64,000 nucleotides of DNA. It comes from Amoebophrya sp. A120 (taxonomy: Eukaryota; Protista; Dinoflagellata). Below are positions 1 to 12,999 of the stretch, in pieces. The notes below the pieces were generated by a model. That model was not told the DNA's origin. It did no database searches and saw only the letters and a list, made by a program, of their open reading frames with translations. Location: NCBI GenBank assembly GCA_905178155.1, contig CAJINV010000011.1, positions 1,385,216-1,449,215 of the forward strand, in the 5' to 3' direction. Each line of letters begins with the position of its first letter. The first letter of the stretch is position 1. A program made the translations under genes and the position numbers.

Positions 1-564
1 GCTTCCATCGGCCTTGACGAGCGCCGAGAAAAGCAAGACCACGACGGATGATGCTGTGGTGGTATCAACATCATCTTCTTCTTCGTCCTCCTCGTTCTCA
101 TCAGCATCAAATAGTAGCCCAGAGAGCTCAACTGGTGCTGAGCAGACCAAGGATCAACTACACAAGGGAAGCACTGTTGTTAGAATTCTCGAAAATAATC
201 GCCCTGGGACACCCACGCCGAGTAATTGCTCTATCGTTGTTCTTCCGCAGATGGGTTCAGGTTGTGACGTTGTGAAGGACGATGAAATAACCCCAAGCTG
301 TAATATTGGAAACCGATTCCGAGCCCCCGAGCAGGTGGACAAGACCCTGCATAATTCGCATTCCCGAGTCCACTCGACCGCGGATAGCGTTAGCATCCTT
401 TCAGTGCGGAGCCGTAGGCCAGATGGGTTTGAAGATCCGGATAGACGGTTGACAAGGACAAGCTGCAACACCCTCAGTGGGACGACCAATGACAGGATGA
501 AGTCCTGAGCAACAGCGCAGAGCAATGTGAGATCCAGCTGGAGGACTCATCCTTTTCACAAGAA

Positions 565-1704
565 GTGGATGAAAACAACACACTTCTCCGGGCAAAGAAG
601 CTACTAACACCAAGGACGACCCGCGGCTGCACAACCTTGTTCACAAAAAGACTCGCTTTGTACAGCGTGCGGGCCGCTTATCTCCTCTGCTTTTTTTCGG
701 CACTGTCGATGCTATTTTGCTGTTACCTCGCAATACGGAAGGGACAGGGCCGGAGTCGTAGACAGTCAGCAAATGACGCCGCTCGGCACGATTCGCCGCC
801 AGGAGTGGCGGACCATGTGGATGCAGACCGAACCAGCTCCATGTTTTTTCATTCCATTTTCAACGGACGCCTGCTGTTGCAGCAGCTGATCCCGATATTA
901 GTCAACCAAGTCGCACAGGACCTGCTTCCATTCCCACTCGGGGGCCACTATCGCACAACCGACCTGGAGCAAGTCACGTATCTCACAGCCGTTTGTGTAG
1001 CCGTCATGTTCGTGTTGCACCTATCGATACATTCGACGATTACAACTAGCACAGCCACTTCTGCGGCGCAGCATCGGAGCCAGCACTTTCTCAAGCGCAT
1101 CATCAGCAAAGCGAGTACGAACTTCACAGCTGACGCTGACCACAGCTGCGATCTCTACTCGTCGAACCAATCAAGAATCTCGCATACACTTCCGCAGGAT
1201 CAAAGTAGCATCAATTTTTCCTCCGACCAGCTATCCGAAATCCATTCTGACCGAGATTATACAACCAGGGGACAGCAGGAGGAAGATCCCAATTCTAGCT
1301 GTGTGCTGACCCCGTCTTCGAATGGAGAGGAAACAGCTCCTGTGAAAATTTTGACACAGAAGACAGGAAACAATGTAAAGGTAAATGGTACCCGCCCATC
1401 AACAACTTCCGGTACTCACGGTGGATTCGCGTCAAATAGAAACAACACAAACCTGCAAAACCAAGTTGCCGCTGCCGAAAACAAATCGCTCCCGTCGCCC
1501 GCCAAGAAGCCGAGTGCCATCGAAGACCATGCAAACCGATGGCAGTGGCACCTTCATAAATCCTCCCCATCGAGGAAAACGCTTGCCCCGCCGCCGCCGG
1601 CCCTCGTGGTTCCTCGGGAACTTTCCGCAACGCGGCGGCAAAGTCAGACCGGACAGGGTACCAGCGTTTTGGTCTCGCCGCGGGTTTTGTGCAAGAACAA
1701 ATGA
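565..1704 (+). CDS. Hypothetical membrane protein; 3' end hit by an insertion
   Basis: 379-aa ORF with two hydrophobic segments (AAYLLCFFSALSMLFCCYLAI; VTYLTAVCVAVMFVLHL) and an S/T/N-rich tail. It ends inside the duplicated 46-bp block. Confidence 0.4.
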   Translation: MDENNTLLRAKKLLTPRTTRGCTTLFTKRLALYSVRAAYLLCFFSALSMLFCCYLAIRKGQGRSRRQSANDAARHDSPPGVADHVDADRTSSMFFHSIFNGRLLLQQLIPILVNQVAQDLLPFPLGGHYRTTDLEQVTYLTAVCVAVMFVLHLSIHSTITTSTATSAAQHRSQHFLKRIISKASTNFTADADHSCDLYSSNQSRISHTLPQDQSSINFSSDQLSEIHSDRDYTTRGQQEEDPNSSCVLTPSSNGEETAPVKILTQKTGNNVKVNGTRPSTTSGTHGGFASNRNNTNLQNQVAAAENKSLPSPAKKPSAIEDHANRWQWHLHKSSPSRKTLAPPPPALVVPRELSATRRQSQTGQGTSVLVSPRVLCKNK

Positions 1705-2446
1705 CGAAAATAGGGGGAAAGAAGGAAATAGTAAATGATGAAGGAATTCCGAACATGTACATCAAGCAACTGACGCCGGACATCATCAGAAGACTGACGA
1801 TGGAACGGATACAAGAAGATGACATGACCAAGTGCAACACCGTCTCCGAGTACATGATGCAAAGAAGACTACAACTAGGACCATTCCGCCCGCCGACCGG
1901 GGTCCTACAAAATCGGGAGAGCGAAACTCTGATGTTCTATCTCTGGCTTGGTGTAGCTCCATCAGGACAAATAGGATGGGGAGAAATTAGATATGGGGAA
2001 GATAAAGTTTTTAAGCAAGAGTGCGCGTTTTGCAAGCGGTATTTCGACTGTGCAGTCGATCATGTGTTGCTTGAGTGCCCCAGCCTTGACACACAGCGCC
2101 GTAGGACTTTAAGCCCAAATAATCTAACTAGAACACTAGGCCGCGACTACTTGCAAAACCCGCAGAAAATTCTCACTTTCATCACAGAAGAAGATGCAAA
2201 TCTTACAACTAAATTCCATCGCGACCGAATACAACCAGTACTAGGGAAGACCGGCACGACGATGGAAAAAAAGCAAAAAACGAAACTACGGGCATCGAAC
2301 GTCTTCGAAAAGTATGCCGAGAGCAGCAATATGGTGCAGGAGACATTCAAACGGAAAGTAGAAAAAAGGCAGTAGACCTCTCTCCAGCTGAAAGGCAGTA
2401 GACAGGGCACCAGCGTTTTGGTCTCGCCGCGGGTTTTGTGCAAGAA
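1652..2446 (+). repeat. 46-bp direct repeat pair (1652-1697 / 2401-2446)
   Basis: gacaggg(t/c)accagcgttttggtctcgccgcgggttttgtgcaagaa, 1 mismatch. Both copies are followed closely by atgacg. Confidence 0.95.
1707..2400 (+). mobile_element. 5'-truncated non-LTR retrotransposon-like fragment (C-terminal CCHC zinc-finger region)
   Basis: ORF 1689-2375 contains CAFC-x7-DHVLLECP, a LINE-type C-terminal zinc motif. No RT core is present. Flanked by a 46-bp direct repeat; the 3' tail repeats aaaggcagtagac. Confidence 0.65.
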
Positions 2447-3207
2447 ATGACGCCGATCATACATGGAAGTAGAAGCAGGACGGTGAGGATCAGTACCTGG
2501 ACACCGGAGAGAATAGCACCAAGTTTCAGATGAAACAGAATGCGTCAGAACTCCGACGTAAAAGCGCACCTGGTAGATTTGAGTTTGAGATCGAGATAGA
2601 CACTGACATAAAAATTTTTTGAGAATATAACTTCGACCATTTTCATGATGATTCTCGTTTTCCATTGCAGCACAAAAGCGCTGGCGGCCGCGCGCTGGGA
2701 ATGTTTTGGTTTTGGAGTTGTCCATGACCACACCGAGGGTCACCTGTTTTGAGGTTCGGGAACGCGGATACAACTACAGTTGGACCGAAGACGTCGTTCG
2801 TGCGTCGAGCTGCAATCACAAGACATGGAAAGCGAGAGTGCCATCCATACAGAGTGAGAATTCGCAAAGTTCTACTTCCGGTGTGTGTGTGAAAGTGAAT
2901 GAAGAGTTGTCGACGTGAGCATGGGCTTGGCATAATTTGCAATTTATTTGTTAATAACACCCTTTCGTTGGGCTTGGGCTCGGGATGTTGTGTCGTTTCA
3001 AAATCGCGATGTTGTGTGTGGTTCTTCTCTTGATCGTTTTGTGTGATGTGTTTGCCCTTGCAGCAGCGGCTTCTCGTTATCCTATTGAGCGCCAGGTCGT
3101 TGCTGCAGCAGGCGATAGAAAAAGAACTTTTTCATTGTTCATGTTGTTTGAACAGGAAAAGAGAATACAGTAAAACTTGTAAATGATTGCTATAGCCTTA
3201 CACCAAA

Positions 3208-5958
3208 ATGGGTTTCCTTTTCGCGACCAAAGTCACGGAGAAGGATTTTCTGGAGCACACCGCGCAAATCAAGGAGGAGCAAGCCAAACGCGACCAGAGT
3301 AACGAGCAGAAATTTCAGGCCTTGCGGGATCAGATCGCGGCGTTGGAAAAAAAATGCGAAAAGCGCGACGACGAAATATCCTCGTTTGTGAGGGGGGAAT
3401 TCAAGAACGGCATCGACAAGAAAATCGACACGGCCCAGCAGCATTTGGAGCAAGCCATCCACTTGCTGCAGGAGAAAACCGAGAATGCAACCGCGGAACT
3501 GGAGAGGGTGCTGCGAGAGGTAGAGTTTTGGAATTATGTATGATCAGAAGAAGAATCAGAAGTTTTAGTTTTTATTGTTGTGTCACGACGATCATTCATT
3601 GTCATTCGCATTCGAAATATAGTACTTCACATCCTTCATTTGTTCAGGCCATCTCGACCCTGCAGAAGTCCACAACGAAGCGGCTGGACACGCATGCCGC
3701 TGATTTGAAGAAGATGCGCAACGCACTGTCCGGGAAGTTGTTCGACTTAGCCAGTTACAAGGTGGAGCGGGAGCGCGACCGCGTGAACATCGTCCTGGAG
3801 GACGATTCCACGCTGAATAACGACGTGGAGGGGGAATCACAGCCCGTCCTTATCGAAGGTACGTTATTGGGTGGAACAAACCTGGTTGCTGGGGCGGACG
3901 CTGATGGTGCACAGCAGGAGTATAATTCCTCGAAGGACACGGCGATACTGGACGACCCCGCTAGTGTTTCAGGAGCGGCTGAGGGACGTGACGGAGCGGG
4001 AGCCGGCGCGCAAGGTACTTCTAGCAACGCTGCTGGCGGCGCCGAGGTGGACGACGGCGCACAGCCAGGTGGACGGGAAATAGGAGCAGCTGTTGAACAA
4101 GCAGATGCACCACACGAGGGTAGTACAACTCAGGAAAAATCAGCATCCCTCGAAATGGCAGCAATAAACCCCCCTCTCCTCTCCCCGTCCAATTCGAAGT
4201 CCACCGCCTCCCGGACCGTGACCCTCCCCCCAATGCCGTCCTCACCGTCCACGTCGATGCGGAAGCTGGAGTCCTACCGGCCGCGGACCAAAAACACGGC
4301 GAAACGGGTCAAGAGGGTGGAGTGGATCGTGCAGGACGTGCAGTACAAACTGCAAGTGTACGAGACCGGACAGCCGCTGTATTCCCCGGAGTTCACGGTG
4401 AACCTGGACCCCTCGAAGAACAAAGTGCTGCACCGCGCCAAACTGATCTTCTACCCGCGAGGGAGCAGCATCGTCGCGAAGCCCGGCTTTTGCTCCGTGT
4501 TTTTGCAGTTTCCCCTGGACGACCTCATGGACGAAGTGGTCGCCGTCGATTCCAAGGGGAACGCGCAAACGATCTTCCCCTCCGCCTTCAACCCACCATC
4601 GGTGCACGAACACTTTTTGAACAACACCAACGAGCCGGCGGAACTCGCAGCGCGAATACAGAAAAACGCCAGCCAGCAGCAGCACTTTGCGAAGCGGACG
4701 CGCCCGCCCTACTTTGCGGAGCAGTTTCTGGCGTCCGGACCGAAGGGCGCGCGAGGGGCCAGCCCCTTGGACGCGCTTCTGTGGAAAAACGCGACGAGAG
4801 GTGGATCGGTGAGTGGCTCCTCCCCGGAGAAAAACCACAGTACTACCGGCGGGCTTTTGCAGCAAGGCTTCATTCCCGGTCCGGATATGGCGCAGCAGGT
4901 GGGCAGGTTTGAATTACACGGAAGGCGAAACAGCTTCTGGTTTCGGTATAGGCTGAAGGTGGGCAATTTCGAATCGTACGAGGTACTGGACACGATCTAC
5001 AAGGGCGTGGATAACTTCTGCGAGGTATTAAATCATTTTTGACGGTTCTTCCGCTTACCAACCAAGTACTTTCTGTTTCTTTACGTTGTTTTGTTACGAG
5101 GAGCACTGGCCTCATCTTAAGTTTAAGAAGTTGGAGTTGCTTGTATATCACAGATTCCGATGCACCACTTTCCACTTCGTGCTCGTCACAGGTAGCTTCC
5201 TTTTTCCAAAACAACAGGTCGCGCCCGAGATCGACAGAGAAACGGATTCCCTTACTATCAGTGTCGAGTTTGTCCCCGAGCCCGAAGTGTTGGACGAGAT
5301 CCGGACTGAGGCCGGGAAATATGTCCACAGCGGCCAGGAGTTACTACATCACGCCGAAAAGGCGTTCTCCTTTCCGGACTCCAAGGAAGCCGTGCCGCCG
5401 TGGGAAAGGAGGCTTGGTAGAGTTCTTCGATTTGTGGAATTATAGCGTCGTGCTCGTGCATGTGCATCTACATGTTTGTTCCCGCTCTCGGGGGGCACAC
5501 TCATTTACCAACGCCCAACTTCTATTCAACGTCAATATCAATTTGTATTGTCAAAAAACACAGGCGCCGCTTCCGGAGTGGACTCCGAGCGCTCGCCGTC
5601 AAAAGTCCGCGTCCTCCTGCCGCCGGACGAGGATGACGATAAGGTTCCGAACCAGTTTTCCCCCAGCGTGAAGCAGTACTACCCCAATGGAAGAAACGGC
5701 CCAACGTTTGCGGACAATGTGAACGACCAGGCAAACATCATTCGGGACCGCGACTACGCGAATCAGATGCTCAGCAGCACCACGGAATTTGTGGACAAGA
5801 AGGCGAACGTGTTTTTTCCGTTCGAGCAGTTAGAGGAGAAGTTGAAGAGTGTTGGGACGCAGGATGTTGACGGTGGTGCTGATGAAGAGAAGCTGCAACT
5901 CGACGAACCACCAGGTGTAATCGATCCTGGCGCGGCCGAAGAGGCTGCGGCAGCATGA
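3208..5958 (+). CDS. Coiled-coil + MATH (TRAF-like) domain protein; 4 exons, canonical GT-AG introns 3520-3647, 5025-5217, 5417-5563
   Basis: MATH-like motifs RVEWIV...LYSPEFTV...LIFYPRG...CSVFL...DNFCE|VAPE...DSLTISVEF. All three GT-AG introns join ORFs 3208/3354/5086/5476 in the correct phase. Confidence 0.8.
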
Positions 5959-6578
5959 TGACACCGAATCCGAATGGCGAGTCTCCGTCTGCAACTACTG
6001 CTGTAGAGAACTAAGAACTCAGCGACGATCGTCGTCGAAAAGTGCTCTAAGAATGTGCCCTTCTTTCATCGAAGGTAGCTGCTACATGATCTGCAGAACT
6101 ATTGTTGAACCTGAAACGCAGCTTCGCTGCCAACACGAGGTCCACCGCCCTGAGTCTGATGAGCAAAAAAAAAGTGAAGAGCTTCTGAAGTGAGATCGAT
6201 CTTCGTACCATCTTTGGTTCTCACTCTCAGCGGAACTCAGAAAACGAAACTAGATCAGCAAAGCAAAAACATCCTTTTCTTCGAACGTAATCCGGTTCCA
6301 GAACCTGATCCTTCAACAAGCTCTCGAATCGGATCTGGATCAGAAATTCTGGCAAGCATATGGAATTATGCTCGTACTACCGTAACAAGACGATGACGAT
6401 CATCGACCCCTCTGCTCCTCCATGCTTCACCTTACAGCGACATCATTTTACCAAAGCCTGTGAGGAGGTGTCTAACTATTTCGATTGCGATTCGGACGGC
6501 ACAGCGGGCCATACGGTTTCCTATAATTTACCCTGATCTTTTATTCACGAGTCTCACATATTTATTTCCAAACCGAAA

Positions 6579-9128
6579 ATGCCCGAAGAGGTGGATGGCT
6601 CAATGCAGTGGTTGGTTTCAAAAACCAGGTTTCGAAACTCAACCTTCCACTGTGTGCATTTCGACGTGTACCAGAGCTGCGATGAGAATGCCGCGAACAA
6701 AGGCAACTGCAACACCAGCGTCTCCGCATCATCAACAAGTAGTCCCCTACGTCGACACCAACCCCTGATTGAGCAAGTGCAAAAATCGCAGATTCTGGAC
6801 GTGAAGAGATTCGCGCATTCTGTCTGCCTCGACCGGCTGAACTACCTCGCACCGTGGCTGGTGTTGAAGGAGTGTGTTTTGTCTTTGGTGCTGTTGATCC
6901 AGGAGCAGAATGCACTGCAAGACGAACTGGAGAACGATGGGATTGTACTAGAGCAATCGCGCAAAGCCGCTGATACCCCAATTACTGGGGCGGAAAAACA
7001 TGCGGTGAAAAAGACGAAAGCGAAGAAGGCTTTGGAGTTGAAGAAACTCAACGAAAAAATCGATGCGATCGCGGCGATTGTGAAAGCGTCGGGGCGGTTT
7101 CAGTACTACACCGACAAAGCAATGGAAATCAGCAAGCACTTGTCCCTTGACGCATTGGAAACCGTACGGGACTACTGTTGCGTAGAGCTGAAAGGGCGCG
7201 ACGAGGACGATTTTCATAATGCAAGTAAAGGTGGTCAGAATTCTCATTCTAGAAAACCCGCCGACAACGACCGTCAAACAAAAGCAGCAATAAAGCGGAA
7301 ACAGGAGTTTGCGAAAGCTTTTGGCGCCTGGCTTTGGAACTCCGAATTTGTTTACGACAATGCGAAGCCAAAACCCAGTGCGAACCACAATCACCTGACG
7401 ATCGAAAATGCCGGGTCATTGATGAAGCGATTGTTTGCGCCGGAGGACGAGCGAAGGAGCTGCGGCCACGGCTACATCTTCGAGGATCCGCAGGCTGTGG
7501 ACGTGGGGAAAAAGGTGGTAAGCACGATTCGTGAAGACGAGGATGATGGTGAATGCCGACCTGAAATGGTGGAAAGTGATTCTGAGGACGAGTGGGACCT
7601 GTTTCAAGAGTTCGACCAGCGAACGCTAAAGCAGCTGGCAAATTATAACGACAGCGCGGCGGCCAGGTCAGGCGATAATCCACCAGAAGTAGAGCAAATA
7701 AAGCAGAAAACAAGCAAAAGTAGCGGTCAGAAAGTCAAAGCGCGGGCGAAGCTGGTAGAAAAAATCAAGCAAAAGAAAGGCGCGACGGGAACCACAGAAG
7801 AAGTAGAACGGCTAAATAAAGCAGACGTGGACAGCACGATCACGACGAAGGAAGCTGCAAATAAATCTCAGGAGTCGCTACCACCAGCCACGACTTCAGG
7901 TGCGGCGGGTTTGCGCGTCTCACAAGCGTCACTTCTGGAAGAACTCTTCCCGCTGCTGTTCGAATGCGAGCTGCAGGAGCAGCAGCAGTGCGAACACGAA
8001 GTAGACGATGACGCAAAGACGGAGAGCACCGCGACACCGTCTGCGACACCTACGAAAATAACGACAACGGCTGGCGTTGACAGCTCCTCTTTAGTGGTCC
8101 CGTCTCAGTCTACTCACCAAGTTCTACATCAAGTAGAAGAAAAGTCTCGAATTTTCGCAACCAAACCTAGTCACGACCTGCTCCCAAACCTCCACCATTC
8201 CCTCACGAAAGCAGAAGACGAAATCGGCGCGGTGCTTTGGCGCGACGGGTGCGACCGCATGTTGAGCTTCCTGTCAACAGTCACGCCGAGTTGGAAGGAC
8301 ATTTCCGTCATCGAACTCGGCGCCGGCTGTGGCTATGTGGGTCTCGCGTTGGCAAGTGAAGGGGCGGAGGTTTGTCTCACCGACCTGCCGGAAATGGTGC
8401 CGCAGATGAAAATTGGCCAGTATTTGAGTCTCAAATCCTGTCCGAATATGTGGGCGGAATGTTTGGTAGCAGCTTCTCATGGTGGCAGAGGCGTAGGCTC
8501 CTCCAATACAGCTCCGTCTTTCGGCTCGGAGATCGAAGCTGCGATCCGGGAAGGCAGCAGGAACAAAGGAGCTGTCGCTGCCACGACAAAAATGCCTGAG
8601 CCAACAACTGCACCACCATCTACCTCGTCCCGCGGCCAGCCGATCATAGAATACCGGCCCAAAGTGCGTGTCGAGGCGTGCGACTGGCGGGAGGAGAAGA
8701 TTCCGACGAACCCGAACGGAAATCAACAAGATGGCTTCCAGTACGTCATCTGCTGCGAGGTGCTCTACGGAGGAACCGAGGGCCGGAAAGCGTGGCCGGG
8801 ACTGAAATCGATTCTCGTGCAACTGGGGCAGAAGAAGGATTTCCGAGCGGTGTTTCTGACCGTGAATTTGCGGGTGGAGAGAGAGGATATCGACTGCTTT
8901 TTGGGAATGATCAAAGAGGAATTCAAAGTGATCAAAAAACTCGATAATTCTTCTGCGGATAATGTTGCCGCAAGAAGTGGTAAAGATAAAGAATGTAGAA
9001 GTACTTCTGACGGTAGGTCCCGCTCCGCTGAGGTAGAGGTTCTTGGCGCAGCTTCTTTGACCGACTTCGGTATCGAAACATACGCTTTTGCACACGACGA
9101 AAAGAAAATTTTCTGCTGCTCGACTTAA
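6579..9128 (+). CDS. SAM-dependent protein-lysine methyltransferase, METTL21/Methyltransf_16-like (single exon, 849 aa)
   Basis: IGAVLW, VIELGAGCGYVGLALA (motif I), VCLTDL, ACDW, YVICCEVLY. Confidence 0.85.
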   Translation: MPEEVDGSMQWLVSKTRFRNSTFHCVHFDVYQSCDENAANKGNCNTSVSASSTSSPLRRHQPLIEQVQKSQILDVKRFAHSVCLDRLNYLAPWLVLKECVLSLVLLIQEQNALQDELENDGIVLEQSRKAADTPITGAEKHAVKKTKAKKALELKKLNEKIDAIAAIVKASGRFQYYTDKAMEISKHLSLDALETVRDYCCVELKGRDEDDFHNASKGGQNSHSRKPADNDRQTKAAIKRKQEFAKAFGAWLWNSEFVYDNAKPKPSANHNHLTIENAGSLMKRLFAPEDERRSCGHGYIFEDPQAVDVGKKVVSTIREDEDDGECRPEMVESDSEDEWDLFQEFDQRTLKQLANYNDSAAARSGDNPPEVEQIKQKTSKSSGQKVKARAKLVEKIKQKKGATGTTEEVERLNKADVDSTITTKEAANKSQESLPPATTSGAAGLRVSQASLLEELFPLLFECELQEQQQCEHEVDDDAKTESTATPSATPTKITTTAGVDSSSLVVPSQSTHQVLHQVEEKSRIFATKPSHDLLPNLHHSLTKAEDEIGAVLWRDGCDRMLSFLSTVTPSWKDISVIELGAGCGYVGLALASEGAEVCLTDLPEMVPQMKIGQYLSLKSCPNMWAECLVAASHGGRGVGSSNTAPSFGSEIEAAIREGSRNKGAVAATTKMPEPTTAPPSTSSRGQPIIEYRPKVRVEACDWREEKIPTNPNGNQQDGFQYVICCEVLYGGTEGRKAWPGLKSILVQLGQKKDFRAVFLTVNLRVEREDIDCFLGMIKEEFKVIKKLDNSSADNVAARSGKDKECRSTSDGRSRSAEVEVLGAASLTDFGIETYAFAHDEKKIFCCST

Positions 9129-9661
9129 AGGACGTTGTTGCGAACGACATCTCGATGCACTCAAACCTTCTAATAGCATCAAACATCACGGGTTTCGATA
9201 CCTGCTTCCGATCTACTTGGAAGGCTTTTGCCAATCCCGCAGCGGCAGCTGTAACAACATCGCCGCTTTTTTGTAAAGATGTTCAGAGCTGCAATTACGG
9301 CAACCCTACGCCTATTCCTTCATGGACTGCATAGGCGGGTCTCTGCATTTTGCTGCCCGCGGACTTCTGATTTACTTCCTCTCGTTTGAGGTGATGTTGA
9401 TGAAACTGAATCCCAAGAATCGGAGACGAAAAGATAATCCTGAGAACCGTCTGAATGTATCCCCTTCGCCATGACAATGTCGAGATCCAGTTTTATCGGT
9501 GGTTTGGTCGGCACGCGTTTTGCGTTTTCTGATTCTGTGCGTTGTCTGGTAGAATGGCCCTGGTTGGGATCCGTAGGTTTGTTCTTGAAATGCATTGAAA
9601 TTGCGCAACATCGGGCTTATTACGTACGGATTTAAAGGTCACTCTCGGAAGGACGAGAGCC

Positions 9662-12600
9662 ATGCCGCCCTCTCCGAGCGGTCCGACGCCCATCATCCGG
9701 GTGGAGGACGACTTGCTGGAAAAACCGGTGTCCAGTTCTCTCTGTTGCCAACTCAAACGACGCACCGCGGAAATCGTGGTGCTTCTGATCGTGTGGTGGG
9801 TCATTGCGGGGGTGATCGTCGTCGAGTACAAGTACATTGACCAGGGAGACGTGGCGTTTTTCCTGACCGGCGTGACTTATGCATTGCGAAAATATCGCAC
9901 TGTGTAGCAATCGCATTACAAAGTTAATGTTAAGTAGCTCAGCATGAGAAATGGAACTTGTAATGCGTATTTACCTCAAGAAGGAGACTTGTCATGCATG
10001 ATTGCGATTACTAAGAATACGATAATTTTTGCAATGCATATGACCAACATGTTCGCCGGATGTTTCCTAATATTGGCCTTCCTCTGGAACAAGATGTTCG
10101 CGCCGCAGTTCGGGTCCATGCTGTCGCTGGCGATCGGCGGCACGAACAGGAACAGAGGTTCTTCAGCACTACAATCTGGACTGGTAGAGGTACCGCCAGA
10201 CGAAGCGGAAACATCACGCACCAGACAGCAAACCAGACCGCTGGCTCGTGCCGGCGAAGATGTTGCAGTCAATATGGACGAGAATTTTAACAACGATTTT
10301 GATGCTGGTGGGATCAACGGCTCCTCAAAGCCGGCATCTACTTCGCGAGGAACGGGAAAAAATAGTAAAGTGGAGCCGGATCTGGAAGTGGGGCACGTTC
10401 GCGGCGGAGTCGTTGACAGTTCTTCCTCAACATCGAGAACTACGAGCAGAAGACGAGGAGAACAAGCATACAACCAGCAGATGAATACCTCCGCCGCCCC
10501 TGAGGTCGAGATCCCCGTTGCCGACGAGACCCTCGCCACGTCAAGAACGCAAGATCTCGACATCACGAATGAAGAAAACAACGACTACTCGCTCGACCAC
10601 CGCACGGTATCCGCGTTGAGCCGCAAGCCCAACACATTCTACCTTCCCATCACCCACGGCGAGTCCCTGCTTCTCGTCCTCCTCGGAATCCTGAACGGCA
10701 TCGAGTACGGAATTCTCAACAAGGCACTCATGATCCTCCCCCTCGCCACACGGCAGATGCTCGGCTCGAGCTCCACGCTGTTCCAAATGGTCTTCGCGTT
10801 CATCTGGCGACTACCCCCGGCGATCACCCCGAAACTGTTGCTGTGTGGTGGCGTGCTCATGTGCGGAGGGGTGTTGCAGGGACTGCAAACGTTTCAACAC
10901 GATTCGCCGGAAATCGCTTCGACAAGTAGTCGGGTCGTACCGGAGGCGAAAGCGTCTTCGCAGGGGGAGGCCGAAGTCCCGGCGATCTTCGGGGATGAAG
11001 ATGGTGAACAACTTGGGACACCGACCGTAGCGTCGGCCGCAGCAGCCGGGACAAGTGGTGGTTTCTCGACGAAGAAGAAGCCAACGAAATCGTCGCCAAC
11101 GGCAAACGCGGTCCGGGACGATGCGACGAAGAGCAGCGGCGGCATTGTGCCGCTAGCGGGAATGATGGTACAACAGCGACATCCTGCGAGTAGCAAGGGT
11201 GCAAGCAAGAAGAAAAAGCGCGACGCAGCAAGTTCATCGTCTACAACTTCAAGCGGTGCAGCTAGAATGGTTGACAGTCTTCATGCTGCTAGCACATCAT
11301 CGTCAGCGACCGCCGCGCAGAGCGCCGCCGCGCAGCATGTTCGCTCGGAGCGACGAATGGCACCGCAAGTTGCGGATAGTAAATCGTCGAGCTTCATTAG
11401 TGGTGGGCATCAGAGTAGTTCCTGGTGGTGGTCGTCGAAGCCGACTGTTGCACCCCGCCCAAGGCTGTTATTAGCGGACGATTCGAAAACCACTGCAGAC
11501 GTTTCTGGCACCGCTTCGGATGAAGATGTTGATGTCGACAACTCCTCTGACGAAGACGATTCTGCTACCGACTCGGGAGGTGGTACTATTTCCGGGATGA
11601 GCGGCTTCCTGTTGCAGATCACCGCGATGCTGCTCAGCAGTAACAAGGGATGCTTGATGCAGCATTCGTTGCAGCGAGCGCCGGGTATCCAAGAAAAAAT
11701 AACCATCACCATCCACTTTGTCATGCAAAACATGCATAAACTAAAAGTCAAACTTCACTACTTGTCATGCAAAAAATGGATGGCGATGCCGATGGTTGTT
11801 TTTTTGTGGATACCGGGCATAGCGGTGCTAGACAAGATCAGTGTCGGGAGCAGAACCATGACCTACAGCGGAATTACCTGTTTGTTGCTGTCCTTCTGCA
11901 CCGAAGCAAGAGAGCAGAACTTGTACCAGGTATTGGATAGCTGATGAAAATAAACTACGTGGGTAATTATAGACGCGAAGCCAAAAAATTCGGCGGCCTA
12001 GTGTAGTCTAGTAGGTCTATATCATTCAAAATGTAGTTCTGATATCGACAGGTGTACTTGATTTTTTGCACTGTGTAAGTGTACAAAATAAATCCTCAGG
12101 TTGTCGACCGTGTTCTCATTTTCAAACTGGCTTCCATCGCTGCCATTTTGTGCGTCATGGTGTGCGCAGAACTCCGGTTGCTCCAGATCACAAGTACCGT
12201 CACCTTCGGCGTGTTCGGCTTGTTGCACAGCATTCCGATCGTCTTGTCCGGCGTGATTCTTTTTGGCGACCAAGTCGGCCTGTACGACGGTCTCGGTTTT
12301 CTCGTGTGCCTCCTTGGCAGTTACTGGTACATGGTCATTGTGAACCAGCAGAAAACGACGTACACCGACGAACAGGATGTTGGTTCCTTTGCTGGTGACG
12401 AGTTGAAACACACTGGAGACATCGAAAGTTTGGACGATGAAGACAGGTCGCCGTTTGCAGCTTCGGGCGGAACAAGGACTGCAAATAAAGGGAGGACGCG
12501 ACATCAAGGGCATCAGCCGAGCCATACTGCAAAAGATCTGGAGGAAGTGATCGAGATTATACCAGACGATGAGGTCAACATGGCAAATTTGGAGGTTGAT

Positions 12601-12738
12601 GACCACAGTGGGGAGATAAAGAACAAGATGAACTCTGCAAAAGGAGGAGCCACGTATAGCAAACTGTCCAAGGCGGAGCAGAAAGTGGTCCAAGGCAGAA
12701 CTACATCAAGCCCCGGAAAAAACATCAAAGTATTTTGA
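9662..12738 (+). CDS. Nucleotide-sugar / triose-phosphate transporter family protein (SLC35-like, DMT superfamily)
   Basis: Many TM helices (LLIVWWVIAGVIV; LGILNGIEYGILNKALMILPLATRQM; ELRLLQITSTVTFGVFG...IVLSGVILFGD). Exons are joined by introners 9878-10040 and 11686-11812 and by GT-AG intron 11930-12099. Confidence 0.8.
9878..10040. mobile_element. Introner (family A)
   Basis: TIR tatgcattgc/gcaatgcata; DR tgact/tgacc. Removing 168 nt gives FFLTGVT-NMFAG. Confidence 0.9.
11686..11812. mobile_element. Introner (in-frame, stop-free)
   Basis: TIR tatccaagaaaaaataaccatc/gatggttgtttttttgtggata; DR ccggg. Removing 132 nt gives RAPG-IAVLDK. Confidence 0.9.
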
Positions 12739-12999
12739 ATAAATACTTGATGTGATCTAATCACTTCTCATGCGAACTACTGCACTTCTTCATCATCATC
12801 TTCTCGTAGTCAACATCTTCTCTCGTTCCTCTTGCTCTTCGATTGATGTTGCGTGCCATTGCTGCAATTATGCTCCGGTCGTGCAGGGCGATCGAAATCT
12901 TCGAATTATGGTCGATCACTACCTTGCATTGCCATCAATTGCTTCATCACAAGGCTGCAACTGCTCCGCTCGAACAGGAGATCGGGCATAGCTTGCGAG

